Shown here: positions 47,886 through 56,927 of the stretch, piece by piece
Position numbering within the stretch: the first letter of the stretch is position 1
Layout of the letters: every line of letters begins with the position of its first letter
Notes under the pieces: model-generated
Told to the model about the DNA's origin: nothing
What the model saw: the letters and a program-made list of their open reading frames with translations, nothing else
Databases searched by the model: none
From: an uncultured Bifidobacterium sp.
Lineage (GTDB): Bacteria > Actinomycetota > Acidimicrobiia > Acidimicrobiales > Ilumatobacteraceae
DNA: 64,000 nt
Direction of reading: 5' to 3'
Assembly (NCBI GenBank): GCA_964503445.1
Contig: CAZCZM010000003.1
Coordinates: forward strand, 869 to 64,868
Position numbers and translations under genes: made by a program

Positions 47886-48918
47886 CATGAAAACAGTTGA
47901 CGTCAAACTCGGAGATCGCTCATATGCGGTACATGTTGGGCGCAACATCGTTTCATCTACGCAGCAGTTGTTGCCTGCGGGGGCACGACGCGTCGCAGTT
48001 GTGACTCAGCGCGGAATTCCGGAAGCCTTTATTCCTAACTTTCCTCAGCATGACGTCAGCATTCATTTCTTGGGCGCTGGTGAAGAACATAAGACATTGT
48101 CCAGTATTCAGACACTCTGCAGTGCTTTCGCTTCTCAGGGGCTGACTCGTTCAGATGTTGTTGTTGCGGTTGGTGGGGGAATGGTGACCGATGTCGCTGG
48201 GTTTGCTGCTGCGTCGTATCACCGAGGCATCGCTGTCGTACATGTGGCCACCACGCTGCTCGCAATGATTGATGCAGCCATCGGCGGCAAGACTGGCGTC
48301 AATCTTCCTGAAGGAAAGAACTTGGTGGGAGCGTTCTGGCAGCCCTCTGGCGTGGTGTGTGATCTCAACGCATTGGACTCGTTGCCAGAGCGTGAGACTC
48401 GTTGCGGTCTTGGAGAGATGGCTAAGTATCACTTCATTGTTCGTGAAGATCTCAACACGATGCCTTTCGATGAGCGCGTTGCTCGATGCATTGGTATCAA
48501 GGGCGACATCGTCGCTAGCGATGAACGCGAAGGTGGGATTCGCGCGTTTCTAAATTACGGCCACACATTGGCTCATGCCCTTGAAATTGACACCAACTTT
48601 TCCATTGCACATGGTGAGGCTGTGTCTATCGGTCTTCTGTATGCAGCTCACGTTGCGCATCGTATGGAACGCATTTCTTCTGCTCGGGTCGACGACCACT
48701 ATCACGTCGTCCATGATGTGTACGGCCTCCGTTTGCCACTTCCGCAAGGCGTGTCAATTGAATCCTTAATTGAGGCCATGGGTCGCGATAAGAAAGCACT
48801 CACGTCGCTGACTTTTGTTCTTGACTCGGAATCTGGCCTTGAAGTGGTGCCAGGAATAAAAAGTGAAGTTCTGACTGCGGCCTATACAGATCTTCAATCC
48901 CGACTTCACGCTCTGTAA
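47878..48918 (+). CDS. aroB: 3-dehydroquinate synthase
   Basis: Has GGGMVTDVAGFAAA, the GKT nucleotide motif and the His metal ligands (YGHTLAHA). ATG 47878 follows GGGGGT and overlaps the aroK end by 8 nt. Confidence 0.9.
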   Translation: MSDMKTVDVKLGDRSYAVHVGRNIVSSTQQLLPAGARRVAVVTQRGIPEAFIPNFPQHDVSIHFLGAGEEHKTLSSIQTLCSAFASQGLTRSDVVVAVGGGMVTDVAGFAAASYHRGIAVVHVATTLLAMIDAAIGGKTGVNLPEGKNLVGAFWQPSGVVCDLNALDSLPERETRCGLGEMAKYHFIVREDLNTMPFDERVARCIGIKGDIVASDEREGGIRAFLNYGHTLAHALEIDTNFSIAHGEAVSIGLLYAAHVAHRMERISSARVDDHYHVVHDVYGLRLPLPQGVSIESLIEAMGRDKKALTSLTFVLDSESGLEVVPGIKSEVLTAAYTDLQSRLHAL

Positions 48919-48966
48919 TGCATCGCACATGTCGTTTATTCCCTCACGCCGGAGCGATGGCGCGAG

Positions 48967-48972
48967 TACGGT
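48967..48972 (+). promoter_or_regulatory. candidate -10 hexamer TACGGT for leaderless aroQ mRNA
   Basis: The sequence reads AGTACGGT-aagtgac-ATG(48980). Confidence 0.35.
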
Positions 48973-48979
48973 AAGTGAC

Positions 48980-49417
48980 ATGGCTATTTCCTCAGTGCTC
49001 GTTCTTAACGGACCAAACCTCAATCTGTTGGGTCAGCGTGAGCCATCTGTGTATGGGTCGGCAACGCTCGAGGACCACATGGCAGCCTGTCAAGAAGCAG
49101 CAACCTCCCACGGAATCGTTCTCACTGCAATGCAGTCAAATTCAGAAGCAGACCTGGTGCAGGCCATACAGCAAGCTCGCGGATCAAGTGATGCCATCAT
49201 CATCAATGCAGGAGCCTTCACTCACTACTCGTGGGCTTTACACGATGCACTGCGGTCTTTTGAAGGTCCAATCGTTGAAGTGCACTTGTCTAACCCCACC
49301 GCACGTGAGGATTTTCGCCATGTCAGTGTCTTGTCATCGGTCGTGAACGGAACCATTTCAGGATTTGGGGGCGCTAGCTACTTGTTGGCTATTGATGCCC
49401 TGATTCGTCTCGGTTAA
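48980..49417 (+). CDS. aroQ: type II 3-dehydroquinate dehydratase
   Basis: Has VLVLNGPNLNLLGQREPSVYG and IINAGAFTHYS. ATG 48980 gives the canonical N-terminus. The ORF-track start at 48929 adds 17 aa. Confidence 0.9.
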   Translation: MAISSVLVLNGPNLNLLGQREPSVYGSATLEDHMAACQEAATSHGIVLTAMQSNSEADLVQAIQQARGSSDAIIINAGAFTHYSWALHDALRSFEGPIVEVHLSNPTAREDFRHVSVLSSVVNGTISGFGGASYLLAIDALIRLG

Positions 49418-49419
49418 CC

Positions 49420-50505
49420 ATGAACGTTGCACGCCGGCTTGATGCGTTTTTGTCGGGAGGAGCGTCGCGACATGTCATTGTGACAAACAATGACGACATC
49501 AGATGGCTGACTGGATTTAGCGGTAGTACGTCTCAGTTGTTTGTTGATCGTCGCACCGGGGAGTCAATTCTTTTTGTTGATGGTCGATACACCGAACGGG
49601 CTGCAGTTGAACTTGATGCATCATCGTCGTCAACTCACGTCTGTGAAGTGTCTGCAACTTCAACGATGGTTCAGCAGTTGCAGGCACGTGGTGTTGTTGA
49701 AGTTGCTACCAACTTTCATCACATTTCTGCGGCTCGCTTTCATGATCTTCGTGACGTGTTTAAAGTTTCAGATGAATCGACAGTGCTGAGCGAACTAAGG
49801 CGATCTAAAGATGCCGAAGAGGTCGCCGCAATTGAAATGGCGGCACGTATTGCAGACGCGGCTCTAGCGCATGTCATGCGCGATGGAATCTTGGGCGACA
49901 CCGAGAAGCAAGTCAGATTTCGACTGGAGAACGCCATGAACGAATTGGGGGCCGATGACGTGTCGTTCCCAACAATTGTGGCAACGGGTTCAAACGGAGC
50001 TCGACCACATCATGAACCCACCGACACCGTGATTGCGGACGGTGATTGTGTCGTTGTCGACATGGGTGCATGTGTCGATGGCTATCGCAGTGACATGACC
50101 CGATCAATTCGGGTGGGTCAATGGAGCGACGCGTATCTTCAGATGTTCTCAACGGTGAAGAAGGCACAACAGGCCGGTGTCGATGTTGTGCGTGCCGGAT
50201 GCGTCGGGTCCGATGTAGATGCTGCTGTTCGCCGAGTTTTTCGCGAAGCTGGGGTAGAACATGAATTTGTGCATGGAACGGGGCACGGGGTTGGTCTCTA
50301 TATCCACGAAGACCCCATCTTGTCTCCACGGTGCACGGCCACTCTCTCTGCGGGAGAGGTGGTGACCGTCGAGCCTGGGCTCTATCGTAAAGGGGTCGGT
50401 GGCGTCCGAATTGAAGATTTGGTCGTCGTCACAGGCACTGGTTGCCGCATTCTCACTCTTAGTCCCAAGGAACTTTCATGCCCGCGATCACAACAAACGA
50501 TCTGA
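49420..50505 (+). CDS. M24 family Xaa-Pro aminopeptidase/dipeptidase
   Basis: Has the creatinase-like N-domain and the pita-bread metal ligands ([28 protein letters not shown]). Confidence 0.85.
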   Translation: MNVARRLDAFLSGGASRHVIVTNNDDIRWLTGFSGSTSQLFVDRRTGESILFVDGRYTERAAVELDASSSSTHVCEVSATSTMVQQLQARGVVEVATNFHHISAARFHDLRDVFKVSDESTVLSELRRSKDAEEVAAIEMAARIADAALAHVMRDGILGDTEKQVRFRLENAMNELGADDVSFPTIVATGSNGARPHHEPTDTVIADGDCVVVDMGACVDGYRSDMTRSIRVGQWSDAYLQMFSTVKKAQQAGVDVVRAGCVGSDVDAAVRRVFREAGVEHEFVHGTGHGVGLYIHEDPILSPRCTATLSAGEVVTVEPGLYRKGVGGVRIEDLVVVTGTGCRILTLSPKELSCPRSQQTI

Positions 50506-51041
50506 AGAACGGAATCACCCTCGAACTGGACAACGGACTCTTCACAGTCGTTGAGTTTCAGCATGTGAAGCCCGGCAAGGGTGGTGCATTCGTGCGCACC
50601 AAATTGCGCAACTTGCGTAACGGGAACGTGTTCGAAAAGACCTTCAACGCGGGTATTCGTGTTGAGCAAGCCATTCTCGATAAGCGTGACATGCAGTTCT
50701 TGTACAAGGACGGTACCGATTTTGTGTTTATGGACACTGAGTCCTACGACCAGACCACCATTTCACCAACGGCTCTCGGAGAGGCAGCCGATTACTTGGT
50801 TGAGCAAGCCATGGCCATCATCGCGTACTACAACGGCGAGATTGTCACGGTGGAAATTCCCGCATCTGTCGAACTGGTCATCACTGAAACTGAACCTGGT
50901 GTACAAGGCGACCGTGTGTCGGGTGCAAAGAAACCAGCAACACTCGAAACTGGAAAGGTCATTCAGGTTCCCTTGTTTGTCAATGTTGGCGACAAAGTGA
51001 AGGTAGACACTCGTTCGGGTGACTACATCACTCGCGTCTAA
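50478..51041 (+). CDS. efp: elongation factor P
   Basis: Has [27 protein letters not shown]. Overlaps the peptidase 3' end by 28 nt. Confidence 0.95.
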   Translation: MPAITTNDLKNGITLELDNGLFTVVEFQHVKPGKGGAFVRTKLRNLRNGNVFEKTFNAGIRVEQAILDKRDMQFLYKDGTDFVFMDTESYDQTTISPTALGEAADYLVEQAMAIIAYYNGEIVTVEIPASVELVITETEPGVQGDRVSGAKKPATLETGKVIQVPLFVNVGDKVKVDTRSGDYITRV

Positions 51042-51466
51042 TGCCCGACAATCAAGACTCATTTCGTCCGTCGGACGAAAGAACCGATGCTCGCGAACAA
51101 GCTGTGATGCTTTTGTACGAAGCAGAGCAGCGTGCTGTCACCGCGATGGCGTTACTGGCAGAGCGTGGCGTCGCATCTGAAGAACTGGTGCGTGCACTCT
51201 TATCGGGTGTTGAATCACACATTGCTGAACTCGATGCCACAATCTCATCAAATGCTCGCGGTTGGGCTCTCGATCGAATGCCGGCACTTGATCGAGCCAT
51301 CTTGCGTTTGGGAATTTTTGAGTTGGCACATCGGCCAGATGTTCCAACTGCCGTGGCTATTGACGAAGCCGTTGAATTAGCAAAACGTTTCTCAACTGAT
51401 GATTCAGGCCGTTTTGTGAACGGCGTTCTTGCCGCCGTGGCAAAAACGGTACGCACTGCTGGGTAA
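51041..51466 (+). CDS. nusB: transcription antitermination factor NusB
   Basis: All-helical protein with R.AREQAVMLLYE and ILRLGIFEL....P.AVAIDEAVELAK. Confidence 0.9.
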   Translation: MPDNQDSFRPSDERTDAREQAVMLLYEAEQRAVTAMALLAERGVASEELVRALLSGVESHIAELDATISSNARGWALDRMPALDRAILRLGIFELAHRPDVPTAVAIDEAVELAKRFSTDDSGRFVNGVLAAVAKTVRTAG

Positions 51467-51476
51467 CAATTGCATC

Positions 51477-52934
51477 GTGCACACCCAAGTGGTCCAGACG
51501 CGCACTCTTAAGGCATCGCTGGCTGGCGCATCGCCGTGGACATGGAGTGTCGTCATTGTGGCCTTGGCGCATGCAGTGTGGATGTCTGTGTTGCAAGTCA
51601 ATGCTCATCGTGGTCTTGGAATGTTTGCCTATGACGTCGGGCTATACGACCAAGGGGTGTGGCTGTTATCGCGTGGCGAAGCTCCGTTCGTCACACTGAT
51701 GGGTCGCAACATGTTGGGTGATCATGCGTCGCTCATTCTTTTTCTCGTTGTGCCGTTGTTTTGGATCATTCCTGGTACAGCCACCTTGTTGGTGGTGCAG
51801 GCGTGTGTCATTGCGGCTGGCGCCATCCCTATCTATCTGTTTGCGCGAAAAGTCTTGAGCAGCGACGGTATGGGAATGTGCGCTGCGGTGCTGTGGTTAG
51901 CCAATCCGGCGGTGAACGGAACAGGAATGGAAAACTTCCACCCAGATTCATTTTTGGGATTGTTCTTGCCAGCTGCGTTGTATGCCCTCTACATGAAGAA
52001 GTGGCGCATGTACGCGGTCATGGTGTTTTTCTGTTTACTGGTTAAAGAAGACGTGCTGCTGGTGATGGTTCCACTTGGCCTTTTTGTTGCTGTGCGCTAT
52101 GACCGTCGCCGTGGTCTCTTGACAGTTCTTGCCTCACTTCTTGCCACTGTGGTGGGCATGTTTGTGTTGATGCGCTCGTTGATTGGTGTGCCCACACGAA
52201 ATGCATGGAGAATTCCTTATGGGGGTGTCGGTGGTTTTCTCCGCGAAGTATTCACAAACCCCATCGGTGTGGGTCGATATCTGGTCTCGGAAGATCGAGC
52301 ACTCTATGTGTTTCAGATGTTCGCACCGTTTGCTGCAGTGTGTGTTCTGTCCCCGTGGTGGATGCTGATTTCAATACCCGTCATTGGGTCAAACATCGTG
52401 AGCACGTTTTGGTATCAGCACAGTATTCAGTATCACTATTCACTCGTTGCAGTTCCGGCACTCGTATTTGCCACAGTGTTTGGAGTTCGTGCTGTAGCTG
52501 CACGATGGCGACGCGTGGTGATGGCGGGTGTCGTTAGTTGCACCCTGGTCACATTCGTATTGTGGGGTCAGCACTCACTTGCCGTCAAGCCTCGACCAGT
52601 GCTGTCGCCACATGCACCCGTGGCAGTCGCCGCGCGAGACATTGTGCGCACTATTCCAGACGACGCAGTGGTCTCTGCGTATGACCCATTGGTGACCTAC
52701 CTGGCGCATCGAAAAGAGATCTATTTCTTTCCCAACCCATTTCGAGCCTTGTATTACGGGGTCGGAACGGCACTTGAGGGCACGCGACTACCGGCGGCAG
52801 ACCGCGTGGAATATGTGGTCTTGCCTCGGTTACTGAGCGACTCCTTGCGTTGGGATTGGGCTGCGGTTAGCCATTTGTACGAAGAGGTCAACGGAAACTC
52901 GTATTGGCAGGTTTTTGCCAGAAAGAAAAATTGA
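51477..52934 (+). CDS. DUF2079 domain-containing integral membrane protein (GT-C-like)
   Basis: Polytopic membrane protein whose FAYDVGLYDQGVWL..MGRNMLGDHASLILF block resembles DUF2079. GTG 51477 is the first in-frame start after the nusB stop. The ORF-track start at 51429 overlaps nusB. Confidence 0.7.
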   Translation: MHTQVVQTRTLKASLAGASPWTWSVVIVALAHAVWMSVLQVNAHRGLGMFAYDVGLYDQGVWLLSRGEAPFVTLMGRNMLGDHASLILFLVVPLFWIIPGTATLLVVQACVIAAGAIPIYLFARKVLSSDGMGMCAAVLWLANPAVNGTGMENFHPDSFLGLFLPAALYALYMKKWRMYAVMVFFCLLVKEDVLLVMVPLGLFVAVRYDRRRGLLTVLASLLATVVGMFVLMRSLIGVPTRNAWRIPYGGVGGFLREVFTNPIGVGRYLVSEDRALYVFQMFAPFAAVCVLSPWWMLISIPVIGSNIVSTFWYQHSIQYHYSLVAVPALVFATVFGVRAVAARWRRVVMAGVVSCTLVTFVLWGQHSLAVKPRPVLSPHAPVAVAARDIVRTIPDDAVVSAYDPLVTYLAHRKEIYFFPNPFRALYYGVGTALEGTRLPAADRVEYVVLPRLLSDSLRWDWAAVSHLYEEVNGNSYWQVFARKKN

Positions 52935-52971
52935 ACACTGCGGAAGAAGTGTGTACAGTTGAGGAGACCGT

Positions 52972-53004
52972 AAAACGAGTCCTGTGAGGCTCGAACGGAA
53001 GGAC
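52972..53004 (+). promoter_or_regulatory. candidate PyrR-binding RNA loop (pyr leader)
   Basis: AAAACGAGUCCUGUGAGGCUCGAACGGAAGGAC resembles the conserved PyrR binding-loop core (AGUCCAGAGAGGCU ... GAAGGA) as I recall it, and lies immediately upstream of pyrR. Confidence 0.55.
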
Positions 53005-53029
53005 AACATGACTCATACAACTTTTTTTG

Positions 53030-53058
53030 AACGCCCCTGCAGTGGGGCGTTTTGTTTG
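53030..53058 (+). terminator. intrinsic terminator / pyr attenuator
   Basis: 8-bp GC-rich stem AACGCCCC (53030-53037) / GGGGCGTT (53044-53051) with loop TGCAGT, followed by TTGTTTG and preceded by T7 (53022-53028). Confidence 0.6.
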
Positions 53059-53084
53059 CCCGAACTCACGTCGTTCTCCCTGCG

Positions 53085-53621
53085 GTGAGCCTTGTGACTA
53101 CCCAGCAGGGTGTAATTCTCGGCGCGGACGATATCTCGCGCGCCATCACTCGGATCGCTCACGAAATTGTTGAGCGAAATCCACATCTTTCTTCACTTGT
53201 GATTGTTGGAATGCAGACCGGCGGAACATGGATTGCTCGTCGCTTGTGTGATCTGGTCAATCAGATCTCCTCGGGCGCCGATGTTCCATGTGGTGCAGTG
53301 GACATCTCCATGTATCGAGACGACTACAGCTTGCGTCCCGTGGTGTTGTCCGCCCCTACCGACATCCCCGTTGATCTCACGGGTCGAACGGTCGTGTTGG
53401 TGGATGATGTTTTGTTTACGGGACGTACTGTGCGCGCAGCTCTCGAAGCACTTAACGATTACGGCCGTCCACGCGCAGTGCAGTTGGCGGTGATGGTCGA
53501 TAGGGGGCATAGGGAACTTCCGATACGACCTGACTATGTAGGGAAGAACATTCCTACCCACGCCACCGATGAAGTCTCGGTCGGCCCTGATGGCGTGATT
53601 GTCGTGGCGGTGGCTCAATGA
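53085..53621 (+). CDS. pyrR: bifunctional pyr operon regulator / uracil phosphoribosyltransferase PyrR
   Basis: Has ILGADDISRAITRIAHEIVERN and the PRPP motif VVLVDDVLFTGRTVRAAL. Start candidates are GTG 53085, GTG 53094 and TTG 53052. GTG 53085 overlaps the stop of the leader ORF. Confidence 0.9.
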   Translation: MSLVTTQQGVILGADDISRAITRIAHEIVERNPHLSSLVIVGMQTGGTWIARRLCDLVNQISSGADVPCGAVDISMYRDDYSLRPVVLSAPTDIPVDLTGRTVVLVDDVLFTGRTVRAALEALNDYGRPRAVQLAVMVDRGHRELPIRPDYVGKNIPTHATDEVSVGPDGVIVVAVAQ

Positions 53622-54562
53622 AGCATCTTCTCGATACCCATGACCTCACTGTGGACGACATTCGATCATTGATGGAGACTGCCGACCACATGGCAGAAGT
53701 GAACCGACGCAGTGTCCCCAAGGTGCCTGCGTTGAAGGGCAAGACCATCGCCACTGTTTTCTTTGAAGACTCCACCCGCACGCGGCTTAGCTTCGAATTA
53801 GCTGCACGCCGACTGTCTGCTGATGTCATGACATTTTTGGCGTCAAGTTCAAGTGTGAACAAAGGTGAAAGTGTCCGTGACACCATCGAAACGTTGTCAG
53901 CAATGGGTGTCGATGCGTTTATTGTTCGCCACAAGTCCAGTGGAGTTCCTCGGCAAATGTCAGATTGGACATCTGCGTCCATTATCAATGCCGGTGATGG
54001 ATGGCATCAGCACCCCACTCAGGCATTGCTCGACGTGTACACCGTGCGTCAAGAATTCGGAACTCTCGATTTGGCTGGTCGGACAATTGCCATTGTCGGC
54101 GATATCAAACACTCTCGTGTGGCGCGAAGCAACATAGACCTCTTCACTCGGCTAGGAGCACATGTTGTTCTAGTTGCTCCTCAGGCCCTGTTGCCTTCTT
54201 TTGTTGAGTCGTGGCCCGTAGAAGTTCGTTCAACAATCGATGATGTCATTGAATCTGTCGATGTTCTGTACCTCTTGCGTATGCAGCTTGAGCGTATGGA
54301 TGCATCTATCGTGCCAAGCAGTGCCGATTACATGAATAAGTTTTCGCTAACGCAGAAACGTGCACAGGCTCTTCAAGCACATGCCATCGTGATGCATCCT
54401 GGACCAATGAATCGCGGGGTTGAAATTGCTGTCGATCCCGCTGGCCTTGCTGGTTCACGCATCCTTCATCAGGTGGCAAATGGCGTGTCGGTCAGAATGG
54501 CTGTGCTGTTCACCTTGTTGGGTGGAGACGTCTCTGCGAATCTCGCGGTGGGGGGAGAGTGA
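53618..54562 (+). CDS. pyrB: aspartate carbamoyltransferase catalytic subunit
   Basis: Has FFEDSTRTR, HPTQALLD and HPGP. ATGA overlap with pyrR. Confidence 0.95.
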   Translation: MKHLLDTHDLTVDDIRSLMETADHMAEVNRRSVPKVPALKGKTIATVFFEDSTRTRLSFELAARRLSADVMTFLASSSSVNKGESVRDTIETLSAMGVDAFIVRHKSSGVPRQMSDWTSASIINAGDGWHQHPTQALLDVYTVRQEFGTLDLAGRTIAIVGDIKHSRVARSNIDLFTRLGAHVVLVAPQALLPSFVESWPVEVRSTIDDVIESVDVLYLLRMQLERMDASIVPSSADYMNKFSLTQKRAQALQAHAIVMHPGPMNRGVEIAVDPAGLAGSRILHQVANGVSVRMAVLFTLLGGDVSANLAVGGE

Positions 54563-55842
54563 TGTCCACAAGCATCGTGTTGCGCGGCGGAACCATTGTG
54601 AATCCCGATTCAGTTTTTGTGGCTGATGTTCTGATCTCAGGTGGCGTTATTGCTCAAGTGGGCGGACAGATGGCCGGTGACCTTGAAATAGATGTCTCAG
54701 GTTTATTCGTTTCATCGGGTTTTGTTGACCTGCACACGCATCTTCGCGAACCAGGAAAAGAAGAGGCTGAAACAATTGAAACGGGTAGTCGTGCAGCGGC
54801 ACTTGGTGGATACACCGCTGTTGTTGCCATGCCAAACACCGACCCTGCGCAAGACAATGTGGCTACCGTCGAATTTGTTCGATCGCAAGGCAAACGAGCT
54901 GGCTTATGCGACGTCATTCCATCGGGTTGTATCACCGCTGGCCGTGAAGGAAGAGAACTTGCACCCCTTGCCAACCTTGCTGCTGCTGGTGTGATGTTGT
55001 TTACCGATGATGGCAATGGCGTACAGAGCGAACAACTCATGCGTGAAGCATTGCAACAAGCGGTGTCGTTGAACATAGTTATGGCACAACATTGTGAAGT
55101 TGCAGACCTCACACGTGGTGCGGTGATGCACGACGGTGAATGCTGTTCACACATGGGTGTTCCTGGTTGGCCTGCCAGTGCCGAGATAGCGATGGTGCAG
55201 CGCGATATCAATCTGTGTCGAGAAACTGGTGGACGTGTACATCTGTTGCACTTGTCCACTGCTGAAAGTGTTTCCTTGGTTCGTGCAGCGAAGGCGGAAG
55301 GTCTTCCAATTACAGCTGAGGCAACTCCGCACCACATCTCGTTGCAAGACTCTCTTCTCGCTGGCTTCAGTCCTATCTTCAAAGTAAATCCTCCGCTGCG
55401 TACTTCAACAGACATCAATGCGCTGATTGAAGGACTACGCGACGGAACAATTGATGCAATTGCGACCGATCATGCTCCTCACGCCAGCCACACAAAAGAT
55501 CAGCCACTTGATCAAGCTCCACCAGGAATGCTCGGGCTTGAAACTGCTCTGGCTGTGGTGAACACCGCAACACAGTGCGAGCCGCAAATGCTTGCCGCAT
55601 TGATGTCATGGAACCCGGCTCGAATTGCTCGCATCGACTCAACACATGGACGTCCGGTCGCAGTGGGGGAAGTGGCCAATCTTGCGGTGTGGGACACCAG
55701 CACCGTATGGACGGTCCATCGCGACTCGCTCGCAAGTCTCAGTACGAACACCCCGTATCACGGCATGGATGTGCGCGGAAAAGTTCATCACACCATCTAT
55801 CAAGGCGAACTGGTTGTTCGCGAAGGAGTAGCACTCAAATGA
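54559..55842 (+). CDS. pyrC: dihydroorotase
   Basis: Amidohydrolase fold with DLHTHLREPG and ATDHAPH. GTGA overlap with pyrB. Confidence 0.9.
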   Translation: MMSTSIVLRGGTIVNPDSVFVADVLISGGVIAQVGGQMAGDLEIDVSGLFVSSGFVDLHTHLREPGKEEAETIETGSRAAALGGYTAVVAMPNTDPAQDNVATVEFVRSQGKRAGLCDVIPSGCITAGREGRELAPLANLAAAGVMLFTDDGNGVQSEQLMREALQQAVSLNIVMAQHCEVADLTRGAVMHDGECCSHMGVPGWPASAEIAMVQRDINLCRETGGRVHLLHLSTAESVSLVRAAKAEGLPITAEATPHHISLQDSLLAGFSPIFKVNPPLRTSTDINALIEGLRDGTIDAIATDHAPHASHTKDQPLDQAPPGMLGLETALAVVNTATQCEPQMLAALMSWNPARIARIDSTHGRPVAVGEVANLAVWDTSTVWTVHRDSLASLSTNTPYHGMDVRGKVHHTIYQGELVVREGVALK

Positions 55843-56927
55843 GTCAGACACTGCAGGAGATCGCATTGGTCCTAGAAGACGGTTCAGTCTTTGAGGGCGA
55901 AGCAATTGGGCATATTCCAGAAAATGGAATCGCAGTGGGTGAGGTTGTGTTCAACACGACGCTGACTGGATACCAGGAAGTCATTACTGATCCGTCCTAT
56001 GCAGGGCAGATCATCACATTCACAACATCGCACATTGGGAATTACGGAACGACAACAGCTGATGCTGAATCGCGTGGATCATTTGCTCGCGGTGTCATTG
56101 TCCGAGATATGGCGAGACGTCACAGCAATTGGCGTAGTGAAGGCGATATTGACTCGATGTTGAAGGCGCAGCGTCTTCCAGGAATTGCAGGATTGGACAC
56201 TCGACGTCTCACCCGTCTGTTGCGCGATGCGGGTTCACTTCGCGGAGCGTTTGGTACTGCATCTCACGATGCGCTTCGTACAGCGGCGCAGAATGACAAG
56301 GGAACATCTGGGGTCGACCTCGTATCGCTTGTCACTACAGACAAGCCATACACGTACGGCAACGGAAAGTTTTCGGTTGTCGCTTATGACTTCGGTATCA
56401 AGTCCACAATTCTTCGATGCCTCAGTGAGATTGCCACCATCACGGTTGTGCCGGCATCAACTACTGCAGAAGAAGTACTTGCGATGTCCCCACATGGTGT
56501 CTTCTTGTCAAATGGCCCTGGTGACCCCGAGATGGTGGCAAATGCGTCGGTCAACATTCGTGCAATTGTTGAAGCCAACATTCCAACGTTTGGTATCTGT
56601 TTGGGGCATCAATTGCTGTCGCGAGCATTTGGTGGTCATACGTTCAAGCTTCCGTTTGGGCACCATGGTGGAAATCATCCCGTGCGGAACTTGTCGACGG
56701 GCAGGGTCGAGATCACAAGTCAAAACCACAACTTCTGTGTAGATGCAGATTCATTGTCTGGGGTTGCAGACATTACGCATGTCAATCTCAATGACAACAC
56801 CAATGAAGGAATGCGATTGCGAGATCACCGCGCATTCTCGGTGCAGTACCACCCAGAAGCGGGTCCTGGGCCACATGACAGCCGCTACCTCTTTGGAGAA
56901 TTCGCAGAACTGATGGAGACCAAGTAA
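55839..56927 (+). CDS. carA: carbamoyl-phosphate synthase small (glutaminase) subunit
   Basis: [11 protein letters not shown].. N-domain, with GICLGHQLL (catalytic Cys) and the HPE triad. ATGA overlap with pyrC. The ORF-track start at 55575 lies inside pyrC. Confidence 0.95.
   Translation: MSQTLQEIALVLEDGSVFEGEAIGHIPENGIAVGEVVFNTTLTGYQEVITDPSYAGQIITFTTSHIGNYGTTTADAESRGSFARGVIVRDMARRHSNWRSEGDIDSMLKAQRLPGIAGLDTRRLTRLLRDAGSLRGAFGTASHDALRTAAQNDKGTSGVDLVSLVTTDKPYTYGNGKFSVVAYDFGIKSTILRCLSEIATITVVPASTTAEEVLAMSPHGVFLSNGPGDPEMVANASVNIRAIVEANIPTFGICLGHQLLSRAFGGHTFKLPFGHHGGNHPVRNLSTGRVEITSQNHNFCVDADSLSGVADITHVNLNDNTNEGMRLRDHRAFSVQYHPEAGPGPHDSRYLFGEFAELMETK

Noticed and set aside
54654-55418. Long antisense or alternative-frame ORFs inside conserved genes: 54654-55418, 4889-5524, 31948-32565, 31242-31814, 62914-63501, 37471-38037, 56185-56742 and 2367-2762.
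   Set aside because: All are fully embedded in strongly supported genes. Their translations are Arg/Ser/Cys/Pro-rich with no recognisable motifs, and no start-site signals are present. This is the usual stop-codon-poor antisense frame effect.
55575-55838. N-terminal ORF extensions of carA (55575), patA (17068), the 16154 membrane ORF, aroB (47833), aroQ (48929) and mihF (61131).
   Set aside because: Each extension lies inside the preceding well-supported gene in a different frame and lacks family similarity. Internal starts give canonical N-termini and stop/start coupling or -10 geometry.
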